Made by a program: the position numbers and the translations under genes. A DNA stretch of 64,000 nucleotides from the NCBI GenBank assembly GCA_944391615.1, contig CALXUE010000008.1, positions 3,511 through 67,510 on the forward strand, written 5' to 3'. The DNA comes from an uncultured Alphaproteobacteria bacterium. Lineage in GTDB: Bacteria; Pseudomonadota; Alphaproteobacteria; RF32; CAG-239. Each line of letters starts with the position of its first letter. Positions within the stretch are counted from its first letter, which is position 1. This document shows positions 55,404 through 64,000 of the stretch, piece by piece. Below the pieces are notes generated by a model, which worked only from the letters and a program-made list of their open reading frames with translations, was not told where the DNA came from and made no database searches.

Positions 55404-56369
55404 ATGGCTAATGAAAATTATAATGACGCTCTTACGACCACTTTGGCTTACAGAAGCAGACAGTTGACTGATAATGTCAGCAAAAACAATGCTCTGTTGC
55501 GTAGACTTAAAGAAAAAAGCAAAATTCGCGAAATTTCCGGTGGTTCTAAAATTTTGGAAGAGCTTGAATATGGTGAAGGTGATATGATTTGGTATAATGG
55601 TTATGATACCATTGATTATACGCCAAAACAACTTTTTACCGCTGCTGAATTTGCCTTGAAACTTTGTGCCGTGCCGGTGGCTATTTCCGGTGAGGATTTG
55701 CTTAAAAACTCCGGTCCCGAAAAAATTGTCGATTTGTTTGAAAAAAGAGTGGAAAATGCCATGAAGACTATGAGCAACCAGATGTCTAAGGCTATTTACA
55801 GCGATGGTACGGGCTCTTCAGGTAAAGAAATCGGCGGTTTACAGTTTTTGGTGGCTGATGCTCCGGAGACAGGTGTTGTCGGTGGTATTAACCGTGAAAC
55901 TTCAGGCAATGAATTTTGGCGCAATAAGTCTACAACTGCTACGGCTGCCCTCGATAAGGACACCATTGGCAAAGAAATGCACAAAATGTATCATTCTTTG
56001 TGTCGTGGTACTGACAAGCCGGATTTGATTGTGACAAGTGATGATTTGTATTCTGTTTATGAAGACAGTTTGACGGCTTTGCAGCGTTTTTCTGATCCGA
56101 AAGTGGCTGAAAGCGGATTTGTTACCCTGAAGTTCAAGGGTGCTGATGTGGTTTGTGACGGTGGCCAAGGTGGATATTGTCCTGAAAAGCACATGTATTT
56201 CTTGAACACTGATTATATTTATTTACGTCCGCATAAAGACCGTAATATGAAAGTTATCGGTGGTGATAGAATGGCCGTTAACCAAGATGCTTTATATAAA
56301 ATTGTCGGTTGGGCTGGTAACTTGACTATGTCTAACGCGGCTTTACAAGGTGTTTTGATTGATGCCTAG
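55404..56369 (+). CDS. major capsid protein (by position, size and following terminator)
   Basis: A 321-aa ORF after the scaffold-like gene, followed by tandem terminator hairpins. The start is ATG 55404 with a GGAAGGA SD. Confidence 0.65.
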   Translation: MANENYNDALTTTLAYRSRQLTDNVSKNNALLRRLKEKSKIREISGGSKILEELEYGEGDMIWYNGYDTIDYTPKQLFTAAEFALKLCAVPVAISGEDLLKNSGPEKIVDLFEKRVENAMKTMSNQMSKAIYSDGTGSSGKEIGGLQFLVADAPETGVVGGINRETSGNEFWRNKSTTATAALDKDTIGKEMHKMYHSLCRGTDKPDLIVTSDDLYSVYEDSLTALQRFSDPKVAESGFVTLKFKGADVVCDGGQGGYCPEKHMYFLNTDYIYLRPHKDRNMKVIGGDRMAVNQDALYKIVGWAGNLTMSNAALQGVLIDA

Positions 56370-56407
56370 GGCTTTGTGAGCTTGGTATATCTCTTATTTT
56401 TTGTGGT

Positions 56408-56474
56408 GCGGTGAAGTTTGTTCTCCGCTTTTTTTTGTGCCGGTGAAGTGTTTTTATTTCACCGGCATTTGTTT
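56408..56474 (+). terminator. two consecutive hairpins after the capsid gene
   Basis: GCGGTGAA/TTCTCCGC followed by T8 (56408-56436), then the perfect 10-bp stem TGCCGGTGAA/TTCACCGGCA (56438-56467) followed by TTTGTTT. Confidence 0.65.
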
Positions 56475-56487
56475 CAGGGAGGATTTT

Positions 56488-57057
56488 ATGGATTGGGATT
56501 TTGATATGTTTCAGAATATGATTGATGTGACGAATGCTAAATCAGACAAGGAAGTGTCGGCCAGATTTTATGATCGGGCAGTTAAAACAACTGAACTTGA
56601 CGATAACGGTTTGCCTAAATTTAAAAACGTGTGCTTTGTCGAGATTAGAATGCGTGACTGCTATGATGTGTATAATCAACCGGCAACGCCTGATAAAATT
56701 AAACGTTTTCCTCTTGAGTATAATCGTTACCTCTTATCGAAAAAACAAGTCCAGAATGGTTCTCCCTTGGAACAATTTGCTTTTTTGTCTGCGGCTCAAA
56801 TTGAGGCGCTTAAGTTTAGGGGAATTTTTACGGTCGAGGCTTTGGCGCAACTCTCTGATGAAAAAGCTCTTGAATTGGGTGTTGTGCGTGAGCGTGATTT
56901 GGCCGTTAAATTTTTGAAAAATGCCCAGTCTAACGCCAAACTTGACGCTTGGCAAAAACAAGAAGAAGCCTATTTGAACCAAATTGATAAACTTAAGGTG
57001 GAAATTGAACGCCTTAAAAAGGTTAATATGGCTTCTTCCAGACGTCATAAAAAATAG
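56488..57057 (+). CDS. hypothetical phage structural-module protein
   Basis: GGGAGGA SD before ATG 56488. 189 aa with a C-terminal coiled coil. Confidence 0.5.
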   Translation: MDWDFDMFQNMIDVTNAKSDKEVSARFYDRAVKTTELDDNGLPKFKNVCFVEIRMRDCYDVYNQPATPDKIKRFPLEYNRYLLSKKQVQNGSPLEQFAFLSAAQIEALKFRGIFTVEALAQLSDEKALELGVVRERDLAVKFLKNAQSNAKLDAWQKQEEAYLNQIDKLKVEIERLKKVNMASSRRHKK

Positions 57058-57141
57058 TCTTTTTGTCAGGTAAAACCGTCGGACGGTTTGGGTTGCGGGG
57101 CGGGTGTTGTTGTTGTTTTATCTTTTATTGAAAGGAATGTT

Positions 57142-57867
57142 ATGGCTGGTATTTTAGAAATTTGTCAGGATGCGGCGGCGTTGGTGGCAACGCAAAAACC
57201 TCAGAGCTTGTTTGATACTTCTTCTCAGCATAATGCCATTTTTTTGAGTATTGCTCGGTCGACACTCAATAGTTTGCGCCGCTTTGGCGATTGGCAGGAG
57301 CTTACAAAAGAAGGTGTGTTGAAGACGCATGCTAATAAGTCGGTTTATTATATTAAGGATTTTTGTTCGGACTTTTTTTGTTTGGTGCACAACACGATTT
57401 ATGTCAAAGACAAAACGGAAAAAGTTATTGGGGCTCTTAGTCCGCAGCAGTATATGCGTGAGCGTTACTTCGATCTAAGCCATGTCGGGGTGAAATTTAA
57501 AATTCAAAACGGGCGGTTTGTTTTTTTATCCCAACCGGAAGAAGGGCTTAAAATTGTGTTTAATTATCGATCGGCCAATGTTTGTTATGATCCGACTTGT
57601 GAGTTTTGTGAAAATCCCGAAAAAGATGAAATCACTAAGGACACGGATGTGCCCTTATTTGATGAATATTTGGTTAAACTCGGAATTATTTGGCGTTGGT
57701 ATAAGCGCAACGGAATGCCCTATGACGAAGAGTATAATGAATATCAGACTGAGGTGAAAAAGCAATTTGCCTTAGGGCTTGGGGTTGGTGATATTGACTT
57801 GGGTAGAGGTTATGATAACCGCGTGTTAGAGGGGGTGATTGTTCGTGGCAATACGGAAAATAGTTAA
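57142..57867 (+). CDS. hypothetical phage structural-module protein
   Basis: A 241-aa ORF starting at ATG 57142. Confidence 0.5.
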   Translation: MAGILEICQDAAALVATQKPQSLFDTSSQHNAIFLSIARSTLNSLRRFGDWQELTKEGVLKTHANKSVYYIKDFCSDFFCLVHNTIYVKDKTEKVIGALSPQQYMRERYFDLSHVGVKFKIQNGRFVFLSQPEEGLKIVFNYRSANVCYDPTCEFCENPEKDEITKDTDVPLFDEYLVKLGIIWRWYKRNGMPYDEEYNEYQTEVKKQFALGLGVGDIDLGRGYDNRVLEGVIVRGNTENS

Positions 57868-59410
57868 TCGGGCTAATAAATCTTTGAATTATACGCTGCC
57901 TAGTCCTATCGGGGGACTCAATGCCCGTGATAGTATGGATGCCATGCAGGAAAATGAAGCTATTACGATGGATAATTATATTCCTTCCGAAAACAAGGTC
58001 GTTTTGCGAAATGGTTTTGTGACTTATGTTTCAACCGAATCTGAAATTAAAACTTTGGTTGAATTTAAGGCTGAAAGCGGCCAAAACCGCTTTTTTGCTT
58101 TTGGCGGCGGTAAGCTGTGGGATATTACTTCAGCGCAGAGTCCTAAAAAATTTGATTTGACACTTAATAATGATATGTGGCAAACAGCGCAATTTAAAAA
58201 TCGTTTGTTTGCCGTTAACGGGCAAGATGAGCCTTTGACTTTTTATTTGGATGAACATGGTAGTGGTGTGTGGGAAACTGCATCTTTTAGCGGTTCAAAT
58301 TTGGTGCCTGCCAGCTTGGTTAATGTTGCATCTTCAAAACAGAGGCTTTGGTTTGTGGAAAAAAATTCACTCAAAGTTTGGTATTCGGAAAATGCTGCGG
58401 AAGTTCAAGGTAACTTGTTGTGTTTTGATTTGACAACCATTGCTCGCTATGGCGGTTATTTAGTTGCTGTGGCAAACTGGACGCAAGATGGCGGTCAGGG
58501 GATGGATGATTTGACGGTCTTTTTGACTTCTGAAGGCGAGGCTTTGGTTTATAGCGGCAAAAATCCAAATTCTGCCGATGATTGGACACTTAAGGGAAGC
58601 TATCTTATCAGCAAACCTTTGGGGTATCGCTGTTTGATGTCTTATCATGGTGATATTGTGGTTATAACGGAAGACGGGTATTTACCTTTATCTAAGGCTT
58701 TGCCTTTGTCTTCGGCCAATAATTCGCAAATTGCGTTTTCGGATAAAATTCGCGGATTGGTCTTGTCTCGGACGGCGGTCGGTAAAGATAAATTCGGATG
58801 GCAAAGTATTTTGTATGCGCGCGGCGGGTATGCCATTTTTAATGTTCCTGTCAATCAGATTTTTGAGCAGCATGTCGTGAATCTTAATACCGGTGCTTGG
58901 TGTCGGTTTACGAATCTCAATGCTTTTTGTTGGGGAATCTTTAACGGGCGTGCTTATTTCGGTACGACAAACGGGGTGATGCTGTTTGATGAAAGTCATG
59001 CGGATAATCGTAATCCGATTGAGGGAAAAGTTGAACAAGCTTTTTCGGATTTTTGTACGGCAACGCTTAAGAAACTTCAACTCCTTAATCCGCATACTAA
59101 ATCTCTTAATCCTTATGCCCTGACGATTTTTGCTAATGCGGATTTTGCATCTGAGCAAAAACCTTATACGGAGCAGATTGGCGAAACTTATCAGCAACAA
59201 TCCCTTTGGGGAAGTGTGCTATGGAGTTCTTTGGAACAACCTGTAGGTACAAAGTGGGCTGTGCTGCAGACTTCTATTCGTAGTCAATGGATTGGAACCG
59301 CTGCTACCGGATTTAAGTTTAGTTTGGTCTTTCAGACATGTACCAGAGGTAATTCTATTGAATGGTATGATACGGGGCTGCGTTTTGAAACAGGTGTCGG
59401 ATTGCTTTAA
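57839..59410 (+). CDS. hypothetical phage structural protein (tail/adaptor candidate)
   Basis: A 523-aa ORF that overlaps the previous gene. The start is uncertain (TTG 57839 or GTG 57845). Confidence 0.5.
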   Translation: MFVAIRKIVNRANKSLNYTLPSPIGGLNARDSMDAMQENEAITMDNYIPSENKVVLRNGFVTYVSTESEIKTLVEFKAESGQNRFFAFGGGKLWDITSAQSPKKFDLTLNNDMWQTAQFKNRLFAVNGQDEPLTFYLDEHGSGVWETASFSGSNLVPASLVNVASSKQRLWFVEKNSLKVWYSENAAEVQGNLLCFDLTTIARYGGYLVAVANWTQDGGQGMDDLTVFLTSEGEALVYSGKNPNSADDWTLKGSYLISKPLGYRCLMSYHGDIVVITEDGYLPLSKALPLSSANNSQIAFSDKIRGLVLSRTAVGKDKFGWQSILYARGGYAIFNVPVNQIFEQHVVNLNTGAWCRFTNLNAFCWGIFNGRAYFGTTNGVMLFDESHADNRNPIEGKVEQAFSDFCTATLKKLQLLNPHTKSLNPYALTIFANADFASEQKPYTEQIGETYQQQSLWGSVLWSSLEQPVGTKWAVLQTSIRSQWIGTAATGFKFSLVFQTCTRGNSIEWYDTGLRFETGVGLL

Positions 59411-59432
59411 TTGTGTGGTTAGGGAGGGAAAA

Positions 59433-59849
59433 GTGCAAATTATTCAAGATGAGAACAATGTTTTGGCAAAGTGGGTTTGTCAGGGATTGGGAGAAAATTT
59501 TGATTGGGTCGGAGATAACTACACAATCGGCTTTGTTCAAAATAATCGTTTATTGGGAGCGCTGATTTTTCATAATTTGCGTTCCAAATGCGAGGTGTGG
59601 TGGACAATTTATACCGTCGATAAGCATTGGTGCACGTTGAGTGTTTTGAAATATATTTTTATGGTGGCTTTTGATGTTTTGAAATGCCGGCGAATCAGTT
59701 TGTTGGTTAGTCGGTCTAATGTGAAATGTTTGAGTCTTGTCAAAAGGCTCGGCTTTAAAATCGAGGGATGTTTGCGTCAATACCGTGACAATGGTGAAGA
59801 CGCTTTTATCCTTTCTATGTTAAACAATGAATGTAAATGGAGTTTATAA
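59433..59849 (+). CDS. GNAT family N-acetyltransferase-like protein
   Basis: The LLGALIFHN...WWTIYT...RISLLVSRSNVKCLSLVKRLGFKIEG pattern resembles the GNAT acetyl-CoA binding region. GTG 59433 follows GGAGGG. Confidence 0.55.
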   Translation: MQIIQDENNVLAKWVCQGLGENFDWVGDNYTIGFVQNNRLLGALIFHNLRSKCEVWWTIYTVDKHWCTLSVLKYIFMVAFDVLKCRRISLLVSRSNVKCLSLVKRLGFKIEGCLRQYRDNGEDAFILSMLNNECKWSL

Positions 59850-59850
59850 A

Positions 59851-60576
59851 ATGAGTAAATCTATTGGAAAACTTTTGGGTGGCGGTGGTGCTTCAACTTC
59901 TTATACGCCGGCTGAAACTCAATATTTGTCTTATTTGAAAAATTATGATACTTCTTTGGCGGATAATGCCTCTCAGAATATGGCGCAATCTGCTTATGAT
60001 TTATCTCAGACGCTTTCTTCTCGACCGAATTATGTTTATTCGGTGGATGGTTCAGATGCCGCACGGCAGCAAGCGATTGATGCTACTTATAATTCTTATG
60101 TCGATTTGCTGACCCCGCAATTTTCGCAACAGACTTCGGATTTGCAAACCAGACTGGCTAATCAGGGCTTATCGGTTGGCAGTGAGGCTTATCAACGCGC
60201 TATGAATGATTTGCAGTCAAAGCAAAACGAATCTTTGAATCAAGCGGCTTATGCTTCTGTTTTGAATGGTCAAAATGCCTTTTCTCAATCTTTGAAAGAC
60301 AGTATTGATGCAGCTCAATTTTCTAATTCGGCCAGACAATTACCTATTAATGAGATTTATGCTTTGTTGCAAAATACACCGACGGCTTATCAAAATAACC
60401 AACAAATTTATCAGGTACAAAGCGGTGCGGATAACCGAATTATGGCTAATAAGCAAGCTAATGAACAAGCGCAAAATGCTTTGGGATTACAGGTGATTAA
60501 AAATGGTATTCAAGGTGCGGCAACGGCTTTGGCCGGTCCGGTCGGCGGTGTGGCCAGCGGGTTGTTGTTGTCTTAA
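59851..60576 (+). CDS. Gln/Asn/Ser-rich hypothetical phage protein
   Basis: A 241-aa low-complexity ORF with a Gly-rich N-terminus and a hydrophobic C-terminus. Confidence 0.5.
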   Translation: MSKSIGKLLGGGGASTSYTPAETQYLSYLKNYDTSLADNASQNMAQSAYDLSQTLSSRPNYVYSVDGSDAARQQAIDATYNSYVDLLTPQFSQQTSDLQTRLANQGLSVGSEAYQRAMNDLQSKQNESLNQAAYASVLNGQNAFSQSLKDSIDAAQFSNSARQLPINEIYALLQNTPTAYQNNQQIYQVQSGADNRIMANKQANEQAQNALGLQVIKNGIQGAATALAGPVGGVASGLLLS

Positions 60577-60594
60577 TGTAAGGAGTGTTTGAAA

Positions 60595-61368
60595 ATGCCT
60601 TTTGATAGTGATGGCAATTTTTCCAGAATTCATAACTGGGAAGATGATCGGCGCAACGGGATTGAAATTGTGACTGATCATCATGACGAGGAAGATGATA
60701 ATTTTGCAAATGGGTTAAGCCAATGTTTGTTGCGTGACGGAAGAGCTCCGCTCAAAGATAATTTTGATGCCGGTAATTTTCAGATTAAAAATTTGCGTCA
60801 AGCTAATTTGGATGATGATGCGGTTAATTTTGCTCAGCTTAAATCTCAGATATCGGAATTAAAAACGGCTTTGTTGGCGAATGTTAATTCCAGTGCTAAA
60901 ATCGGTGATATTAAGATGAGTGTTTTGTCTTCAAATCATGATAACTGGTTGTTGTGTAATGGGCAAGAAGTGAATCGTGCTGATTATCCGGATTTGTTCA
61001 AAGTTATCGGTATTTCTTTTGGGTCAGGAAACGGAACAACAACTTTTAATGTGCCGGATTATCGCGGAAAATTTATTCGTGGTTTGGGTGGAGATTCTGC
61101 TTCTGATATTTATACAACGCAAGCTGAAGGGTTGCCTAATATTACAGGTAGTTTCCAAGTTAAAGCAGGTGCGTCTGCCAGTGATTGGACTGGTTCTTTT
61201 TTTGCCGGTGAGAGTATAACCGCAGACCAATATGGCGGGACTTTTGGAAGAACAAATGTCACCCAATTTTCTGCTCAAAAATCTAGTGCTATTTATGGGG
61301 CTTCAAGTCACGTGACACCGATAAACCAAGCTGTTAACTACTTTATTAAGGTAAAAGAGGAGGTTTAA
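60595..61368 (+). CDS. phage tail collar domain protein
   Basis: WLLCNGQEVNRADYPDLFKVIGISFGSGNGTTTFNVPDYRGKFIRG is the classical tail-collar motif. Confidence 0.8.
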   Translation: MPFDSDGNFSRIHNWEDDRRNGIEIVTDHHDEEDDNFANGLSQCLLRDGRAPLKDNFDAGNFQIKNLRQANLDDDAVNFAQLKSQISELKTALLANVNSSAKIGDIKMSVLSSNHDNWLLCNGQEVNRADYPDLFKVIGISFGSGNGTTTFNVPDYRGKFIRGLGGDSASDIYTTQAEGLPNITGSFQVKAGASASDWTGSFFAGESITADQYGGTFGRTNVTQFSAQKSSAIYGASSHVTPINQAVNYFIKVKEEV

Positions 61369-61371
61369 ATT

Positions 61372-61746
61372 ATGACTTCAAAAATGACTTCAGCCGGTAT
61401 TGTGATTACTCAGGGGGATACGCTTAATATCCCCCTTCATTTTTCTTATTCACAAGAAGGTAAAAAAATTCCTGTCGATATTAAAAATGCCGTTATCAGA
61501 ATGCATGTGCGCGAAAATGAAAATGCTCAGCCGCTTATTAAAAAAGAATCTTCGAATCATGTGGATGCGGCTAATGGAAAAACAATCTTGCAACTCTCTC
61601 CTGAAGATACCGATATTCCTGTCGGTACTTATTATACGGATATTGAAATTCAGTTTATTGATGGGCAAAAATTTACGTTCTATCCGCCGAACCCTAATTG
61701 CAAAGCCTTTTTTAAGGTCGTTGCACAATATACGAAAGGAAACTAA
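61372..61746 (+). CDS. hypothetical phage tail-module protein
   Basis: A 124-aa ORF with a GAGGAGG SD. Confidence 0.5.
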   Translation: MTSKMTSAGIVITQGDTLNIPLHFSYSQEGKKIPVDIKNAVIRMHVRENENAQPLIKKESSNHVDAANGKTILQLSPEDTDIPVGTYYTDIEIQFIDGQKFTFYPPNPNCKAFFKVVAQYTKGN

Positions 61747-61749
61747 AAC

Positions 61750-63012
61750 ATGAGTGATGTTATTTACGTGGAAAATGATAATGGGCTTAATGTCTCTATT
61801 AATGAGATGGAGACCGAAATTAATCCTGAAGGGTATATTTTTGTTCGAAACGGTGAAAAAGAAATTGGGGCTTATGTGCAAGATATTGTTAAACCCGATT
61901 TAGCTCTTTATTCTCAAAACAAGCAAAATGATATTGAAAATACTCTAAATTCGCAGGTCGATGCTGCTCGTGTACAACTGAACAATTTTACAAATTCGGA
62001 GTGTCAGACTTATATTTCTCAGACTTGTCAGGATAAAAAAAATGAAATTGCGCAATTTGCTGAGCAGTCTCAAAATGCCTATGCTTCCTTTGTTGATGAA
62101 AAAAATCTGGAAGTTGAAAATATTGTTGCTCGGGCTAATGCGGCTGCAGAATCTGCAACAAGCTCTAAAAATGCGGCAGCAAGCTCGGCAACCTCATCTT
62201 CAAATTATTCCAATAATTCTAAAGTTTGGGCCGAGGGAAGTGATTCCCAAGTTCAAGCTTTGGGTGGTGTTCATTCTGCAAAGGGGTGGGCGAATCTTGT
62301 TAATGATTCTGTGTTGGTGCACAAAACAGGTAATGAAACAATTGCCGGTGATAAGACTTTTACGGGTAATATTATACCTAGCAGTGTATTATTCAAAAGT
62401 AAAACCGGTGGGGCTAATCAGGGGTTTCTTTATCAAAACTCAAGCGGAAATTTGTATTTTGGATTAAGAAACTCCGGAAATACTGAATTTATGAATAATT
62501 TTTCTTTTGCGCCCGATGGTTCTATTACCGTTAGAATTGGAAACTCTGCAACCAATAAGGCTTTTATTGTGCCAAATCCTGCTACTTCTGATAACTCGGC
62601 CAAAGCGGCAACAACAAATTGGGTTCGGTCTTTGCTGAATACTCTCTACCCTGTGGGAAGTTTGTTTTTTAGTACGGCTGGCACTTGTCCACTACAAAGT
62701 TTAGGTATTGGAACTTGGAATAAGGTTGGTACGTCATTAACATTAAGTGTTAATACAAGTGTACCTGTTAAAGGTAACGGATTAACACTTGGCCTCACAA
62801 ATGGGTCTCAATATACCGCTCCATTCTGCGCCTCTGGTCTGTATTACGGCGGATTTGGTACTGAGAACTATGGACAGTCTGTTGGAACTAATTTTGGAAC
62901 AGGTTTGTTACAAGGTAGATTAGGTGTTACAACAGATTCTTCAAAATCTGGTATCGTCGGTACCCTTACAAGAACTCAAATTACTGTTAACGTATTCCAA
63001 AGAACAGCTTAG
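61750..63012 (+). CDS. phage tail fibre protein
   Basis: The Ala/Ser-rich repeat segment AAAESATSSKNAAASSATSSSNYSNNSKVWAEGS is typical of tail fibres. 420 aa. Confidence 0.7.
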   Translation: MSDVIYVENDNGLNVSINEMETEINPEGYIFVRNGEKEIGAYVQDIVKPDLALYSQNKQNDIENTLNSQVDAARVQLNNFTNSECQTYISQTCQDKKNEIAQFAEQSQNAYASFVDEKNLEVENIVARANAAAESATSSKNAAASSATSSSNYSNNSKVWAEGSDSQVQALGGVHSAKGWANLVNDSVLVHKTGNETIAGDKTFTGNIIPSSVLFKSKTGGANQGFLYQNSSGNLYFGLRNSGNTEFMNNFSFAPDGSITVRIGNSATNKAFIVPNPATSDNSAKAATTNWVRSLLNTLYPVGSLFFSTAGTCPLQSLGIGTWNKVGTSLTLSVNTSVPVKGNGLTLGLTNGSQYTAPFCASGLYYGGFGTENYGQSVGTNFGTGLLQGRLGVTTDSSKSGIVGTLTRTQITVNVFQRTA

Positions 63013-63022
63013 AGGTGAAAAA

Positions 63023-63562
63023 ATGACTACAATATATAATTACGATGATGATGGATACTTTATAAATTCTCAAGTTGCTTTAGTCGATGACCTGGGAAAT
63101 GAAATTTTGCCTGATGGTGCAACGTATTTAAAACCCTTAGAAGAAAAAGAAGGGTTCAAGGTTAGATTTAACGGTACTGAGTGGTCTTATGAAGAAATTC
63201 CTCAACAGCCCGTACCGACAATTGATGAGCTTAAAGTTTTAAAGCGTGCTGAAATTAATCAAGCTCGTGATAACGCTGAGCAAGGCGGCTTTGAGTATAT
63301 GGGGAAAGTTTTTGATTCTGATCAAGTGTCTTGCATTCGGATATCTACGGCGGCTCAAGCTATGCAATATGCTGATGACACGGCAACAATAACGTGGACA
63401 ACTCAAGACAACAGCACAATAGACTTAAATAAATCTCAGCTTATGGGGCTTGTTGTCGCCTTAGCTCAATGGTCTAACCAGTGCCACCAAAAAGCAACAT
63501 CATTAAAAGCGCAGATTGACGCGTGTGCAAGCAAAGAAGAGCTTGATAAGATTGTGTGGTGA
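63023..63562 (+). CDS. DUF4376-like tail fibre assembly/accessory protein
   Basis: LKRAEINQARDNAEQGGFEYMGKVFDSDQVSCIRISTAAQ...TWTTQDNSTIDL, a DUF4376-like pattern. The start is ATG 63023 after GAGGTG. Confidence 0.6.
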   Translation: MTTIYNYDDDGYFINSQVALVDDLGNEILPDGATYLKPLEEKEGFKVRFNGTEWSYEEIPQQPVPTIDELKVLKRAEINQARDNAEQGGFEYMGKVFDSDQVSCIRISTAAQAMQYADDTATITWTTQDNSTIDLNKSQLMGLVVALAQWSNQCHQKATSLKAQIDACASKEELDKIVW

Positions 63563-63582
63563 TTTTATGGTTATTTGAAAGT

Positions 63583-63614
63583 GAGGGGAGAGGTATATCT
63601 CTCCTCTTTTTTTT
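63583..63614 (+). terminator. terminator-like hairpin
   Basis: GGGGAGAG-GTATAT-CTCTCCTC followed by T8. Confidence 0.55.
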
Positions 63615-63625
63615 GAGGTATAAAA

Positions 63626-63892
63626 ATGGATTTTGAAACATTTGGCGGAGGGTGCGGCCTTACAGCACTTCTGGGCGTGTTTTTTAACAGCCTTAGAATT
63701 GGACAATGGCAAGGTAAATTTGAAAACCGTGTCAGTAATTTGGAACAGCTTTTAGCTAAGCAAGATTTGTCAATTTCAAAAATGAATGACTCTATGAATC
63801 AGGTGAATCAGACTTTGGCGGAAATTAAAACTAAACTCGAATATTTTATCGAAAGGCAAGAAAATGCAACCAAGAGGCATAAGAAACAATAA
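63626..63892 (+). CDS. holin-like small membrane protein
   Basis: One TM (GGGCGLTALLGVFFNSL) followed by a charged coiled C-terminus, directly upstream of and overlapping the lysin-like ORF. Confidence 0.45.
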   Translation: MDFETFGGGCGLTALLGVFFNSLRIGQWQGKFENRVSNLEQLLAKQDLSISKMNDSMNQVNQTLAEIKTKLEYFIERQENATKRHKKQ

Positions 63893-64000
63893 TCCCGGAA
63901 ATATTCGGCATGGCGACAAGTGGTTGGGGCTGTCTGAGAAACAATCGGATGGCTCTTTTTGTACTTTTAAATCTCCGGTCTATGGTATTCGCGCTATGGC
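63864..64000 (+). CDS. phage cell-wall hydrolase-like protein, N-terminal fragment
   Basis: My own translation gives MQPRGIRNNNPGNIRHGDKWLGLSEKQSDGSFCTFKSPVYGIRAM. From memory, the RNNNPGNIR...GIRA pattern occurs in phage virion or lysis-associated proteins. The ORF is open at the window edge. Confidence 0.5.
   Translation, partial: MQPRGIRNNNPGNIRHGDKWLGLSEKQSDGSFCTFKSPVYGIRAM

Larger units (their letters stand above)
49682..64000 (+). mobile_element. phage/prophage late (packaging, head, tail fibre, lysis) region, continuing beyond the window
   Basis: A co-directional, tightly packed run: terS, terL, GroES-like, portal, scaffold-like, capsid, structural ORFs, tail-collar and fibre proteins, DUF4376, holin-like, lysin fragment. 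No integrase or att site is seen in the window. Confidence 0.85.

Noticed and set aside
60595-63562. A diversity-generating retroelement could be associated with the tail fibre genes.
   Set aside because: The window has no reverse transcriptase ORF. I could not see a template/variable repeat pair at the 3' ends of the fibre genes.

Overview
The window is low-GC bacterial chromosome. Gene order (priA-atpHAGDC, nrdR-nusB-def, lon, xerC) and a Lys/Ala-rich AtpD N-terminus suggest an alphaproteobacterium, and rubrerythrin, nitroreductase and flavodoxin-type genes suggest an anaerobic lifestyle. That taxonomy is inference only. Housekeeping blocks: nagZ' to xerC (1-7.0 kb), priA-atpHAGDC (13.3-20.7 kb), murF-nrdR-nusB-def (22.7-25.7 kb) and lon (39.6-42.0 kb). 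Accessory segments sit between them: (1) 7.0-13.2 kb holds a MerR regulator next to an array of eight 22-bp palindromes, plus hypothetical genes that share a leader motif. (2) 26-31.5 kb holds a very Cys-rich secreted repeat protein, then a tRNA-Thr(UGU) locus with a promoter-proximal 40-nt 5' tRNA fragment and a 20-bp inverted repeat, then a DUF1566-like gene and a paralogous membrane-anchored gene. (3) 37.3-39.5 kb holds an orphan CI-like (HTH+S24) repressor with palindromic operators and a heptamer repeat tract. (4) 42-48.3 kb holds a second DUF1566-like gene, a second Cys-rich paralog with the same promoter/5'UTR, and a tight four-gene operon. That operon encodes a Walker-A-less SNF2-like protein, a PAPS-reductase/PP-loop protein, a ParB-fold DGxHR protein and an exported protein. 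(5) 49.7-64.0 kb is a phage late region running off the window: terS, terL, GroES-like, portal, scaffold, capsid, tail collar and fibre genes, holin-like, lysin'. The SNF2-like/PP-loop/ParB operon is my best candidate for an undescribed DNA-modification or phage-conflict system. The MerR-linked palindrome array and the Cys-rich paralog family come next. All function calls rest on motifs I recognised by eye in the supplied translations. No database search was run.
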